Below are positions 45,509-55,585 of a stretch of 64,000 bases of DNA, piece by piece; position 1 is the first letter of the stretch; each line of letters opens with the position of its first letter. Below the pieces are notes generated by a model. It worked only from the letters and a program-made list of their open reading frames with translations, was not told the DNA's origin and made no database searches. The stretch spans positions 6,834-70,833 of the forward strand of contig JBOGWB010000061.1 of assembly GCA_050693035.1 (NCBI GenBank). The letters are read 5' to 3'. The DNA comes from Actinomycetota bacterium (GTDB lineage Bacteria; Actinomycetota; UBA4738; CALAEC01). A program made the position numbers and the translations under genes.

Positions 45509-46200
45509 GTCTCCAGGAACGGCTGATTCGACTGACCGGGCATCCCGAGGTCGCTCCCGTTCACCGTTAGGCGGACGCTCTTGCCCCATTCCAGCTCCAC
45601 GTCGATCCGGCGCTCCGCCTCGAAGGAGCGGACGTCGCCCCGATCAAGCCTACCCGAGAAGGCGACCTGGCCATCCGTCTCGATGACGGCGTGCACGCTC
45701 GTGCGGGCCGCGAGGTCCACGCGCACGCCCGGCGGCAGGACCGGGACCTTGGGGGGCGCCGACAGGGGCGCAGCGGTGGGCGTCGACGCCGACCGGTTCA
45801 GCAGCCCGACCGCGGCCGCCGAGAGGAAGACGATCAGCGCGGCCACGGCGGCGAGCGGCCAGCTGGGCCGGCGGTGGAGGAGGACCCGCACCTCGCTGCC
45901 GGACTTCGGGCTCCCCGGCGGGGAATCCATGGGCAGCGGCACCGGCGCGGGGCGGCCGAAGGCATGGTCGTACACGGCGAGGACCTTCTCCGGGTTGAGC
46001 CCCAGGTAGCGGGAGTAGGAACGCAGGAAGCCTCGCACGTAGACCTCCCCGCCGAGGGACTCGAAGTCCTCCCGCTCGAGACCCTGGAGATAATCGATGC
46101 GGAGCATCGTGTCGCGGCTCGCCTCTTCCAGCGACTTCCTGCGGCGGCGGCGAGCCTTCTCCAGGGCCCCGCCGATCCCAATCTCCGTTTTCGTCTGCAT
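45463..46200 (-). CDS. RodZ-like HTH / DUF4115 membrane protein
   Basis: IGGALEKARRRRRKSLEEASRDTMLRIDYLQGLEREDFESLGGEVYVRGFLRSYSRYLGL, then a TM segment and a C-terminal beta domain. Confidence 0.8.
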   Translation of the reverse strand: MQTKTEIGIGGALEKARRRRRKSLEEASRDTMLRIDYLQGLEREDFESLGGEVYVRGFLRSYSRYLGLNPEKVLAVYDHAFGRPAPVPLPMDSPPGSPKSGSEVRVLLHRRPSWPLAAVAALIVFLSAAAVGLLNRSASTPTAAPLSAPPKVPVLPPGVRVDLAARTSVHAVIETDGQVAFSGRLDRGDVRSFEAERRIDVELEWGKSVRLTVNGSDLGMPGQSNQPFLETFEPTSYRKKAGEEP

Positions 46201-46282
46201 TGCCCAAACTCTCTAGGGGTGGGGTTGCCGGGATTATAGGTCGGCCGGGGGGGCCAAGCGAGGGGAGCGCCCGGGAGGTCCC

Positions 46283-47353
46283 TCAGTGTGGGACGGAGAG
46301 GGGGGCTCGCCGGCGCCGGCTCGGGACCGCGGCCGCCGCCCACGGGATCGCCAGGCCGAACGTGGCGCCCCCGCCCGGCCGGCTCTCCACCCACACTCGG
46401 CCGCCGTGGGCTTCCGCGATGGTGCGGGTGATGTACAGCCCCAGGCCGTGTCCCCCCGCACCGCTGCGGGGCAGCCGGGAGAACTTCTGGAACAGGGCCT
46501 CCCGGTGGCGGGGGTCGATGCCGGGGCCCTGGTCAGCGACGGTGATCCGGACCTCGCCCTCGGCGGCCTCCGCCGCGAGGCGGATCGGCGACCCCGGCGG
46601 CCCGTGCTTCACGGCGTTGGAGAGGTAGTTTCCGACGGCCTCGTGAACCGCGCCCGGATCGATCCGAACCGTCGGGAGCTCGGCGGGAACCGAGAGCTCG
46701 AAGCGGTGGCTCGTTGCACCGGAGCGTGCCTGCGCCACGGCCTCCTCCAGGATCGGGGCGATCTCCTGGGCGGTCCGCTCGCCGACCAGTCCCCCGCGGC
46801 CGTCCGTGCCCGACCGGACCAACCGCTCCACGAGCCGGGCGAGCTCCCGCCCGAGCCCGGCGATGCCCTCCAGGGCCCGCCGCCGCTCCCGCTCGTCGAA
46901 CCGTTCCCAGTACCGCAGGAGCATCTCGGCGACCGCGGTCACCGAAGCCGCCGGCGCCACGATGTCGTGAGCCAGGACCGCCAGTTCCTCCTCCGCCGGA
47001 GGCTCCCGGCCCGACCAGGCTACCCGCAACACCTCGGCGAGCCGCCGCACGTCGGGAGCCCCGAGTCCTCCGTTCGGAAACCACAGCTCGAGGGGAGTGA
47101 GGACCACCGGAACCGCCGGCGCCATCCGGAGGAGGGCGGGGAAGACCCACCGGGCATCCTTCTCCGTGGTGGGTGCGGCGAGGAGGACCGCGTCGGGCCG
47201 GAGACCCGCGCTCATTAGGGCAGCGGTTCGGACGTCGGCCGCTTCGCCAACCACCTGGACCCCGCTCACGGCCTCGAGCGCGGATCGCAGACGGCGCCGG
47301 GCGGTGGGGCCGGGGGCGGCGACGACCAGGCGGATATGACGCTCGGGGTCCAT
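46283..47353 (-). CDS. histidine kinase with N-terminal receiver-like domain
   Basis: HisKA box LAHDIVAPAASVTAVAEML. The ATPase domain has NAVKHG, DQGPGI and GGHGLGLYITRTIAEAHGG. The N-terminal IRLVVAAPG...PDAVLL region is REC-like. Confidence 0.85.
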   Translation of the reverse strand: MDPERHIRLVVAAPGPTARRRLRSALEAVSGVQVVGEAADVRTAALMSAGLRPDAVLLAAPTTEKDARWVFPALLRMAPAVPVVLTPLELWFPNGGLGAPDVRRLAEVLRVAWSGREPPAEEELAVLAHDIVAPAASVTAVAEMLLRYWERFDERERRRALEGIAGLGRELARLVERLVRSGTDGRGGLVGERTAQEIAPILEEAVAQARSGATSHRFELSVPAELPTVRIDPGAVHEAVGNYLSNAVKHGPPGSPIRLAAEAAEGEVRITVADQGPGIDPRHREALFQKFSRLPRSGAGGHGLGLYITRTIAEAHGGRVWVESRPGGGATFGLAIPWAAAAVPSRRRRAPLSVPH

Positions 47354-47410
47354 GGGGATCGAAACGGTACAAGCAGGGACGCCCCAGGTGTGGGATTTCC
47401 GCCGACCCCG

Positions 47411-48327
47411 CTAGCCCGTCTCCCGGGCCCGCGGGCGGTTCACGAGCAGGACCCCGCCGATCACGGCCGCAAACCCCACGGTGAACAGGAGCGAGAGGCG
47501 CTCCTCGAGCAGGAGAGCGGCCAAGGATGCGGCGACGAGCGGGTTGATGTTCACGTACACAGCCACCTGGGTCGGCGTGAGGCGTGACAGCGCCGAGGTC
47601 CATAGGAAGAACCCCACGGCTCCGCCCAGGACGGCCACGAACAGCACCAGCCCGAGTGTCGTGCCGCCGAGATCGGCCGCCGCCGAGGGGAGCCCTCCAC
47701 CATGGCAACGGGAAGCAGGTAGGCCGTGCCGATCAGCATCGGGTAGGCGGTCACCGTGAGGGGCGAGTGCCGAGCGAGCGCGCGCTTCGAGAGCACCCCG
47801 TACAGCGCTCCCCAGAACGCCGTGAGAAGAAGAAGCGCGTCACCGAGGATCGCCCGGCCGTTCTGGGGGAGGAACAGGCCCCGTTCGGCGAAAGCGAGGG
47901 CGATTCCGGCCACGCTCAGGAAGACACCGCCGATCTGGTGGGGAAGGAGCCGCTCGCCCACCGCCTTCCGGGCCATCACCGCGCTCCATACGGGCATCGT
48001 GGCGAGCATCAGGGCTCCCCGTGAGGCCTCCGTGAACTGGAGCCCCACGTTGAAGCTCAGGGGGAACAGCGCGTAGAAGACCAGAGCGAGCAGCGCAAAG
48101 CGAGGGAGGATCCGCCGATCCAGCCTCAGAGCGTCGCGGCGCCAGGTCGCCGCCACGAGGAGTAGCAGCAGCCCTCCTATACCGAACCGGAGAACCGCCA
48201 AGCTCACCGGCGGGACGTCGCGGACGGCGACACGAACCGCGACCACGGAAGCGCCGAAGAATACGGCGGCGACCGCGGCGCCCAGATTCGCGCCGAGGGC
48301 GCCGTGGACTTCAGTCTTCGCTGGCAA
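47411..48327 (-). pseudogene. EamA/DMT-family transporter interrupted by one frameshift (or an assembly indel)
   Basis: Track ORF 47551..48663 carries the first EamA half (...AYLLPVAMVEGSP). ORF 47411..47647 carries the second half in another frame (LVLFVAVLGGAVGFFLWTSALSRLTPTQVAVYVNINPLVA). The frame change lies near a C4/G4 run at about 47687-47690. TTG at 48327 is the candidate start. Confidence 0.7.
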
Positions 48328-51300
48328 GCTCGTCGAGAAACTCCCGGGCCCGGCCGGCGGAAACGACGTTCCCCTTCTGCTCGAAGGCGGCGAGGCCCCG
48401 GCGGGCCGCCTCCGCTGCCTCTCCGGTCCGCCCCACCGCGCGGAGGACCTCGGCGAGAGCGAACCTCGTGTCGCCGATCTGATTGAGGTGATCGGTGGCG
48501 TCGGAGATCTCAACGGCCTTGCGGGCCAGTGACTCTGCCTCTTCGATCCGTCCGGTTGCCGCGTAGATCTTGGCCCTGACGGATCGCCAACCCGCCTGCG
48601 AGGCGACGTCACCGGGGGCCGCGTTCTCCTCGCTGAGCCTGCTGGCTTCCAACGCCTCCTCATAGCGGCCCTGCTCGAACAGCGCGTCGGCCAGCCACAC
48701 GGCGGAAGTGGACAGGTATCCTGTCTCCCCTCCCGCCTGGAGGGTCTTCATCCCCTGGCGCATGCGGCGCTCGACCCCTGTGTGATTCTCGGCCAGCCCC
48801 TCGACCAATCCCCAGACGTGAGCGGCCGCGTACGTGAGGGTGAGTCCGAGCTCCAGCTGCGCCCGGTCGGCGCGCTCGCAGTACGCCCGGGCCCGTTCGA
48901 ACTCCCCCTTCATGGCGTGCATGGACGCGAGAGCGGCCACCGCCCATGCCTCCAGGGCTCCACTCGCGCCAACGAGGATCTCCTCCCACCGGGAGATACC
49001 CTTGTCCACAGGCACGCGGCCCCACACAGTGGCGCTGAAGAGGGCTCGGTAGAGCTCGAAGATCTGGCCCAGTCCGGCCTGGTGGGCTCGGGCGATGGCT
49101 CGCTCGGACAGCTCCTCGGCTCTGGCCGAGTCCCCGGTCCAGAACACGGAGAGAGCCACGATCCGAAGGGCCTCCACCAGGATCCTCGGATCGCCCAACT
49201 CCTCCGCCTCCCGCAGGACCTCCTGCGCCTCCGCCAGCCCCTCGGCGTACGGCGCGGTGGGGTCGGTGGCGAAGCGCTGGAGGACGAGGGTCATTCGGGA
49301 CTTGAGCTCGGTGGGGCGGTCTCCCATCTGGAGCGCCAGATCCTTTGCCTGCTGCAGGACCTGGCCCGCCTGGTCGAACCGCGCGGTGTCCTGGAACGCC
49401 ACCCCGAGGATCGGAAGGATCCGGAGCCGCTGAGGGTCTTCCCGTGGGAAGAGTGCTGCCGCCCGCTCCAGGAGGTTGGCCGCCCCCGCGGCGTCGCCGC
49501 GTGCGGAGGCTCGTTTCCCCGCCTGTGCCAGGAGCTCTCCAGCCCGGGCGGCCAACTCTCGGCCCCGGCCGTCGATCGGCCCCAGTTCCGTACGGTACCG
49601 ATGCGCCTGTTCCAGGTGGTATCCGAGGAACTCCTCGTACTCGCGCAAGCGTTCTCCCGCCCGCGCTTCGAGCCATGTCGCAAACCGCTCGTGGAGATCC
49701 GCTCGGGTTTCCTTGGGCATCGCCTCATACGCGGCGTCCCGGATGAGGATGTGCCGGAAACGGTACGTCTCGTCGGAGAACTCCGTGGCGTGCGGCCGGA
49801 TGAGTTCCCGCCGCACCAGAGTGGTGAGGTGAGAGCCAACGGCCTGCCGATCGGGCTCCGGCGAGAGCTCCGCCACGGCCCCTCGGTAGAAGATTCGACC
49901 CACGACAGACGCGCGCTGGATGACCGCCCGCTCCTCCCCTTCCAGCTGCTCGAGCCGGGCCGCCAGCAGCGCCTGGATGGTGGGCGGAACGGACACCGTG
50001 GAGAGGTCGGATGTCGGAACCCAGTCCCCGTTCTGCCTCACCAACAGGCCCTCGTCGATGAGCATGGACAGCATCTCTTCGACGAACAGGGCATTTCCCT
50101 CGGCGGCCTCCACAATCCGGTCGCGAGCCTCATCCGAGAGCCGGGCCCTGCCGAGGAGGTTGTCGATCAGGACATCGCACTCCTTCTCGTCGAGAGGCTC
50201 GAGGAGCATCGTGGTGGCATTGACCTTGCCTCCTCCCCACCCCTGCCGGCGGTCGAGGAGCTCCTGCCGACTGAGACAGACCAGCAGCAACGGAGCGTCC
50301 CGCGAGAAATCGGCCAGGTGCTCCACCAGGTCCAGGAAGGTCGGCTCTCCCCAATGGATGTCGTCGAACACGACCACGAGGGGGGCCCGACGGGCCACTG
50401 ACTCGAGGAGCTTGCGGATTGCCCAGAAGGTCTCCTCGGGCACGGCGCTGTCGCTGGTGAGGCCCAGCACCTGTGCGACACGCTCGAAGATGAGGTCCCC
50501 GCTCTCCTCACCAGCGCAAAGCGCTTTGAGCTTGGCCCGAGCGTCGTCCGCCGGTTCCTCCTCTCCGATCCCAGCCGCACCCCGAATCACCTCACCTACC
50601 GGCCAGAACGTGATGCCCTCACCGTAGGGGAGGCAGCGTCCCCGGAGGACCGAGATGTCATCGGCCAGCGACCTCAGGAACTCCTCGATGAGCCGCGACT
50701 TCCCGACCCCTGCCGACCCGAGCACCGTGACCAGGTGACACGTCTTTTCCTTCACAGCACGATCGAAGGCGAGACGCAACAGCTGCCCCTCGCGCTCCCT
50801 ACCGACCATCGGGGAGTCCAACCGCCGGGGGATCGCCTCCGCTTCAGGCAGGACCTCCCGCAAACGGAACGTTTCTACCGCCCCCTCCTTGCCCTTCAGC
50901 TCGAGGGGTTCCATCGTGTCGACCTTCACGCCATCACGGACCAGCCGGAACGTGGGCGCGCCGAGGAGGATCTCCCCGGGCCCGGCCGCCTGCTGGAGCC
51001 GGGCGGCCGTGTTGATGGCGTCGCCGGTGGCCAGCGTCTGGCCGCGAGAAGGGTCTCCGGCGACGACCTTCCCGGTGTTGACGCCGGTGCGCGCTTCGAC
51101 GGTCACCCCGTGATCCCGCGCGAGCTCCAGGTTCAGGTCCGCCAGCGCCGCCCGCATCTCCGCGGCCGCCCGGACGGCTCGCAGCGCATCGTCCTCGTGG
51201 ACCGCGGGGATGCCGAACACGGCCATGACCGCGTCGCCGATGAACTTCTCCACCACCCCGCCGTGGCGTTCCACGACCCTCTTCATCGTGTCGAAGTACC

Positions 51301-51496
51301 GGGACATCAGGCGGCGGAGGGCTTCGGGGTCGAGCCGCTCCCCCAGTGGCGTGGAGCCAACCACGTCGCTGAAGACGACGGTGACCGTCTTTCGCACATC
51401 CTGTGGCGCCGCGGTCCCGCCGAGGAGCGCCCCGCAGGCCATGCAGAACCGCGCGGCATCCGGGTTCTCCGTCCCGCACTGCGCGCAGACCGGCAC
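48311..51496 (-). CDS. zinc-ribbon + class III adenylate/guanylate cyclase + STAND/AAA ATPase + TPR regulator
   Basis: CAQCGTENPDAARFCMACG; RKTVTVVFSDVVGSTPLGE...EKFIGDAVMAVFG; P-loop VLGSAGVGKSRL; a long TPR-like tail. The GTG at 51496 was chosen to avoid overlapping the divergent patatin gene, but the start is uncertain. Confidence 0.85.
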   Translation of the reverse strand: MPVCAQCGTENPDAARFCMACGALLGGTAAPQDVRKTVTVVFSDVVGSTPLGERLDPEALRRLMSRYFDTMKRVVERHGGVVEKFIGDAVMAVFGIPAVHEDDALRAVRAAAEMRAALADLNLELARDHGVTVEARTGVNTGKVVAGDPSRGQTLATGDAINTAARLQQAAGPGEILLGAPTFRLVRDGVKVDTMEPLELKGKEGAVETFRLREVLPEAEAIPRRLDSPMVGREREGQLLRLAFDRAVKEKTCHLVTVLGSAGVGKSRLIEEFLRSLADDISVLRGRCLPYGEGITFWPVGEVIRGAAGIGEEEPADDARAKLKALCAGEESGDLIFERVAQVLGLTSDSAVPEETFWAIRKLLESVARRAPLVVVFDDIHWGEPTFLDLVEHLADFSRDAPLLLVCLSRQELLDRRQGWGGGKVNATTMLLEPLDEKECDVLIDNLLGRARLSDEARDRIVEAAEGNALFVEEMLSMLIDEGLLVRQNGDWVPTSDLSTVSVPPTIQALLAARLEQLEGEERAVIQRASVVGRIFYRGAVAELSPEPDRQAVGSHLTTLVRRELIRPHATEFSDETYRFRHILIRDAAYEAMPKETRADLHERFATWLEARAGERLREYEEFLGYHLEQAHRYRTELGPIDGRGRELAARAGELLAQAGKRASARGDAAGAANLLERAAALFPREDPQRLRILPILGVAFQDTARFDQAGQVLQQAKDLALQMGDRPTELKSRMTLVLQRFATDPTAPYAEGLAEAQEVLREAEELGDPRILVEALRIVALSVFWTGDSARAEELSERAIARAHQAGLGQIFELYRALFSATVWGRVPVDKGISRWEEILVGASGALEAWAVAALASMHAMKGEFERARAYCERADRAQLELGLTLTYAAAHVWGLVEGLAENHTGVERRMRQGMKTLQAGGETGYLSTSAVWLADALFEQGRYEEALEASRLSEENAAPGDVASQAGWRSVRAKIYAATGRIEEAESLARKAVEISDATDHLNQIGDTRFALAEVLRAVGRTGEAAEAARRGLAAFEQKGNVVSAGRAREFLDELASED

Positions 51497-51526
51497 GGGG
51501 CAAGGGTACGGCGATAATGGGCGCCG

Positions 51527-52393
51527 ATGCGAGCCTCGCCGGTGCGTCGCCGCCGGAAGCCCAGGGTCGCCTTCGTCCTCGGCGGCGGCGGGCACATGGG
51601 CGCCTACCAGGTGGGGATGCTGAGGGCGCTCCTCGAGCGAGGGGTCCTGCCCGACGTGGTGGTGGGAACCTCCGTCGGTGCCCTGAACGGCGCGGCCGTG
51701 GCCTCCGATCCCCGCCCCGATGTGGTCGACCGCCTGGAAGAGGAATGGCTGAGCATCGTGAAGCGCGGCGTGTTCGCCGGCTCGCTGTTAACCGGGGCGG
51801 TGAACCTCTTCCGCTCCCGGACCGCGATGCACTCCAATCGGCCGCTCCGGGAGCTGATCGAGCGGGTCATCCCCGCTCCCCGCTTCGAGGACCTCCAGCT
51901 GAACTTCGAGTGTGTGGCAGCGAGCATCGAGCGAGCGGCGGAGCACTGGTTCGCAACCGGCCCGTTACCGCAGGCCATCCTGGCCTCCTCGGCCGTCCCC
52001 GGGTTGCTGCCAGTGGTGGAGATCGATGGCGAGCACTTCATCGACGGAGGCATCGTGAACAGCATCCCCGTCGGGAGGGCGGTCGAGCTGGGAGCTCGGG
52101 AGATCTACGTCCTTCACGTCGGGCGGATCGAACGGGCCCTGGACCCGCCGACCAATCCCTGGCAGGTGGCGATGGTGGCGTTCGAGATCGCCCGGCGGCA
52201 TCGCTTCGCTCGAGACATGGCCACCCTGCCGCGGGGGGTGACCGCACACGTCCTCCCGACCGGGGAGCGGACTCCGCCGCGCTACGACGACCTCTCGCAA
52301 CTCCGGTACCGCGACTTCTCGCAGGTTGAACGGAGGATCCAGCACGCTCATCGGGCAACGCTCGCGTATCTGGACGACATGGGATCACCGTGA
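51527..52393 (+). CDS. patatin-like phospholipase
   Basis: VLGGGGHMGAYQVG (oxyanion hole), GTSVG (GxSxG) and FIDGGIVNSIP (the DGG catalytic Asp). Confidence 0.88.
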   Translation: MRASPVRRRRKPRVAFVLGGGGHMGAYQVGMLRALLERGVLPDVVVGTSVGALNGAAVASDPRPDVVDRLEEEWLSIVKRGVFAGSLLTGAVNLFRSRTAMHSNRPLRELIERVIPAPRFEDLQLNFECVAASIERAAEHWFATGPLPQAILASSAVPGLLPVVEIDGEHFIDGGIVNSIPVGRAVELGAREIYVLHVGRIERALDPPTNPWQVAMVAFEIARRHRFARDMATLPRGVTAHVLPTGERTPPRYDDLSQLRYRDFSQVERRIQHAHRATLAYLDDMGSP

Positions 52394-53400
52394 TCCCTCT
52401 CCCCCCACGGATCGTCCGCCGCACCGTCTTCGCGCCGCTCGTCTTCCTCTTGTCCGTGGCTCTCCTCCTTCTCTCCCCGGTCGCCCTCCTGGTGGCGTTC
52501 CTCGCCGACCTGGTGCTCCCGGGACGCTGGCAGGCGGTGCGCCTGGTGACCCTGGGCCTCGTGTTCGCGGCGTACGAGGCGGCCGTCCTGGTGGCGCTGT
52601 TCGTGCTGTGGATCGCCGGCGGATTCGGGGCCCGGCTCGGGTCTCCACGCTTCCAGGAGGCCCATTACCGGCTGGTGCGGTGGTGGCTGGGCGGCCTCGC
52701 CGGGGCCGCGATTCGCCTGCTCCAGCTCGAGATCGAGGTCGAGGACCGGCCCGAGCCCCAGGCCGGTCCGGTGCTCGTGTTCTGCCGTCACGCCGGGCCC
52801 GGGGACTCCATCTTGCTCGCCCACACCTTGCTCTCCGGCTACGAGCGCCGGCCGAGGATCGTCATGAAGGCGGCCCTCCAGTGGGACCCGGCCATCGACA
52901 TCGTGGGGAACCGCCTGCCGTGCGCGTTCATCCGCCCGCACTCCGAGGATCCCCGCCATCACCTCCTCGCCATCGAGCGCCTGGCCCAGGGCCTGGGCGA
53001 CCGCGACGCCCTGGTCCTGTTCCCCGAGGGCGGCAACTTCACCGAGCGCCGGCGGCTCGCCGCGATCGCCAGCCTCAAGCGGAAGGGATTCCGCGAGGAA
53101 GCGATCCTGGCAGAGAAGATGCTCACCGTCCTGGCCCCGCGTCCCGGCGGCGCGTTGACGGCGATCCGCACGGCGCCCCAGGCCGACGTGGTGTTCGTTG
53201 CCCACACCGGCCTCGAGTTCATGAACTCGCTGGTCGCAACGTGGCGAATCCTCCCACTCGAGGGCCCCATCCTCGCGCGGTACTGGCGGATCGGTCCCAC
53301 CGAGATCCCTCTCGACCAGGACGCTCAGGTCGATTGGCTATTCGGGTGGTGGGGACGGGTGGACGAGTGGATCCGCAGCCGCCGGCCTACCCTCAGGTAG
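52390..53400 (+). CDS. membrane lysophospholipid acyltransferase (PlsC/AGPAT-like)
   Basis: GTGA overlap with the patatin stop. N-terminal TM segments, then an HX4D motif (CRHAGPGD) and FPEGGNF. Confidence 0.75.
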   Translation: MIPLPPRIVRRTVFAPLVFLLSVALLLLSPVALLVAFLADLVLPGRWQAVRLVTLGLVFAAYEAAVLVALFVLWIAGGFGARLGSPRFQEAHYRLVRWWLGGLAGAAIRLLQLEIEVEDRPEPQAGPVLVFCRHAGPGDSILLAHTLLSGYERRPRIVMKAALQWDPAIDIVGNRLPCAFIRPHSEDPRHHLLAIERLAQGLGDRDALVLFPEGGNFTERRRLAAIASLKRKGFREEAILAEKMLTVLAPRPGGALTAIRTAPQADVVFVAHTGLEFMNSLVATWRILPLEGPILARYWRIGPTEIPLDQDAQVDWLFGWWGRVDEWIRSRRPTLR

Positions 53401-54427
53401 TAGGCCGCGAGGATTGGAGAGCGAGGGCCACGGCCCCGTCGTCGGCCAGAGCACGTCCCTCGGCCCACAGAGCTTCGAACGAGCCGGCTCCGAGCCCTTC
53501 CCGGACCACGCTCACCGCGCGGTCGAACTCCAGCTGGTCGTCCGGGTCCAGGACCGTTCCGCCCGCTTGGAGCCGGGCCTCCGCGGCACCGAAGAGGCGA
53601 GCTGCCCGCTGGAGATCCTTGCGGGTTGCCGCGGTGCAACCCAGTCCGGCCAGGCAGTCGGGAACCATGCTCGCGTTGCCTCGCGCCAGCCCGAGCCGGA
53701 GGGCCTCCTGGAAGAGTTCCTCCGAACGCTCGTGGTTCCCGCGGTTCCGCTCGACGTGACCCAGGTTGATGAGCTCGACGCCGATCACGTAGTGGTCCTT
53801 CAGCTCGCGATGGAGCGCCAGGCTCTCCTCGTAGAGCTCGCGGGCCCGCTCCAGGTCCCCCTCCACGCGCGCCGCGGCGGCCAGCATGTGCAGCGGCCGG
53901 CCCTCTCCCTCCTTGTCCCGCATGTCTCGAGCCAGGGTCCGCGCCCGCTCCGCATGCTCCCGGACGATGCGCACGTCCCCCTGGAGAAGGGCCACTCGAG
54001 CCAGGCCGACCAGGGCGAGCATCTGGGCGCGCCAGTCGTCCGCCGCTCGGGCGATGCGGAGGGCTTCCTCGTTTCGAACCTGGGCGGTGTGCCGATCACC
54101 TTGGTTGAAGGCCAGCATCCCCGCTCCGGAGAGCGCCTTCGCCCGGGCCGCGCTGGGCACGTCAGCTCCCGGCGCCGCGAGCACCGACTCCATCCACTCG
54201 CGGCCCTCCCCGACCCGCTCGGATTGGCGCCAGAAGGAGGTGAGGGCTGCGGCAAGGCGGAGTGCCCGCTCCGGTTCCCCGTGTTGGAGGAACCACGCCG
54301 CCGCGCCCCGGAGATCCCCGAGGCGCCTATCGAGGTTCTCGATCCATCGAGCGGACTCGGGCCCGGACAGGCCCACCTCCGCGTCCTGGGCCAGGGCCAG
54401 CAGGGAGAGGGCCAGTTCACTGTCCAC
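53393..54427 (-). CDS. stand-alone TPR-repeat protein
   Basis: GTG at 54427 lies 2 nt after the GNAT stop. Repeated A..L....G.......EEAL.IAR-type helices resemble the TPR tails of the two STAND proteins in this window. Confidence 0.6.
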   Translation of the reverse strand: MDSELALSLLALAQDAEVGLSGPESARWIENLDRRLGDLRGAAAWFLQHGEPERALRLAAALTSFWRQSERVGEGREWMESVLAAPGADVPSAARAKALSGAGMLAFNQGDRHTAQVRNEEALRIARAADDWRAQMLALVGLARVALLQGDVRIVREHAERARTLARDMRDKEGEGRPLHMLAAAARVEGDLERARELYEESLALHRELKDHYVIGVELINLGHVERNRGNHERSEELFQEALRLGLARGNASMVPDCLAGLGCTAATRKDLQRAARLFGAAEARLQAGGTVLDPDDQLEFDRAVSVVREGLGAGSFEALWAEGRALADDGAVALALQSSRPTT

Positions 54428-54429
54428 GA

Positions 54430-54948
54430 TCAACCCCGTCGCCAGCGAGCGCGGTCGATCGCGTACCAGACGTGCTCGCCGTTGCGCCAGAACCGCTGGC
54501 CGCGGCGGGTCAGGCCGAGCTTCTCCATGACCCTCCGCGATGCCGCGTTGTCCGGATCGGTGATGCTGATGACCCGATCGAGCCCGAGGACCTCGAACCC
54601 GTGTCGAAGGCTCGCCGCCCCTCCCTCGGTGGCCAGCCCACGTCCCCAGAGCGATCGGTCGAGGGTCCATCCCACCTCGACCGGCTCGCCCGGCCAATCA
54701 ACGTGTCGCAGGAGGCCGATCCGGCCGATGAACCTGCTGGTCTCAGCTTCGACCGCCCAGGTCCCGAACCCCTCGTGTTCCCAATGAGCAACGAGATAAG
54801 CCACGTGGTCCTCGGTGCCGGTTCGGTCCACCGGCTCCAAGTAACGCTCCACGTCGGGTTGCGCGTAGATCCTGGCGAGCTCGTCGATGTCGTCCCACCG
54901 CCATTCTCGGAGGCGAAGGCGCCGTGTCTCGATCATCGGCACGTCCAC
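54430..54948 (-). CDS. GNAT-family N-acetyltransferase (RimJ/RimL-like)
   Basis: IETRRLRLREWRWDDIDEL...WGRGLATEGGAASLRHGFEVLGLDRVISITDPDNAASRRVMEKLG. Confidence 0.85.
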   Translation of the reverse strand: MDVPMIETRRLRLREWRWDDIDELARIYAQPDVERYLEPVDRTGTEDHVAYLVAHWEHEGFGTWAVEAETSRFIGRIGLLRHVDWPGEPVEVGWTLDRSLWGRGLATEGGAASLRHGFEVLGLDRVISITDPDNAASRRVMEKLGLTRRGQRFWRNGEHVWYAIDRARWRRG

Positions 54949-55039
54949 GGCAGTTCAGGGTACGCCAGGTGGCGTCTCGGCTTGACCGAAGAATGGGCCG
55001 ATGCTACGGAGGCCTTACGACCCAGAGAGGAGGGCGACG

Positions 55040-55414
55040 ATGCCAGCGCAGCCGCGGGTGGTGAGGGCGGAGGACCGAGTCCGACCCGATCAGCAGTCGG
55101 CCGGGATGCTCCGGGAAGAAGCGTTCTCGGGCGAGAACTTGTGGATCGGCGTGGTGCGATCAGAGCCGGAGCAACTGACGGCGTGGCATCACCATGGAGA
55201 GTGGGACACGTACGCGTTCGTGCTCTCGGGAGCCCTGCGGCTCGAATCAGGGCCTGGGGGTGGGGACGAGCACGAGGCCGGAGCGGGCGATTTCCTGTTC
55301 ATTCCCAGGAACGCGGTCCATCGCGAGGGCAGTGGAGGTCCCGGTTTCGAAGCGATCGCCATGCGGGTCGGAAGCGGCCCCATCCTGTTCAACACGGAGG
55401 GGCCGGAGTCCTGA
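55040..55414 (+). CDS. cupin-domain protein
   Basis: The ATG is preceded by GGAGG. WHHHGEWDTYAFVLSG...GDFLFIPRNAVHRE carries cupin motifs 1 and 2. Confidence 0.75.
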   Translation: MPAQPRVVRAEDRVRPDQQSAGMLREEAFSGENLWIGVVRSEPEQLTAWHHHGEWDTYAFVLSGALRLESGPGGGDEHEAGAGDFLFIPRNAVHREGSGGPGFEAIAMRVGSGPILFNTEGPES

Positions 55415-55519
55415 CAGGTGAGCGTCAAGATTCCCGTTCCCGCGAACTCTAGACGGGTGAGACGTTCAAGCGCCTCCGAGAGCGGGAAGGATGAACGGAG
55501 TGACGAAAGGAGCGTCAAC

Positions 55520-55585
55520 ATGTACATCGGCGTTGGGCTGGGGACGCTGATCCTCATCATCGTCCTGATCGCGCTGCTCACATAG
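55520..55585 (+). CDS. candidate 21-aa hydrophobic micro-protein
   Basis: Below the ORF-track size cut-off. GAAAGGAGcgtcaacATG precedes MYIGVGLGTLILIIVLIALLT and a stop. It lies in the gap between the cupin gene and the 3' end of ftsK. Confidence 0.3.
   Translation: MYIGVGLGTLILIIVLIALLT

Noticed and set aside
48311-52393. Calling the cyclase plus patatin pair a Pycsar/CBASS-type system
   Set aside because: The cyclase is embedded in a zinc-ribbon/STAND/TPR regulator architecture that is common in Actinomycetota. The patatin protein shows no cyclic-nucleotide sensor domain and is coupled to a lipid acyltransferase. It is kept only as a low-interest hypothesis.
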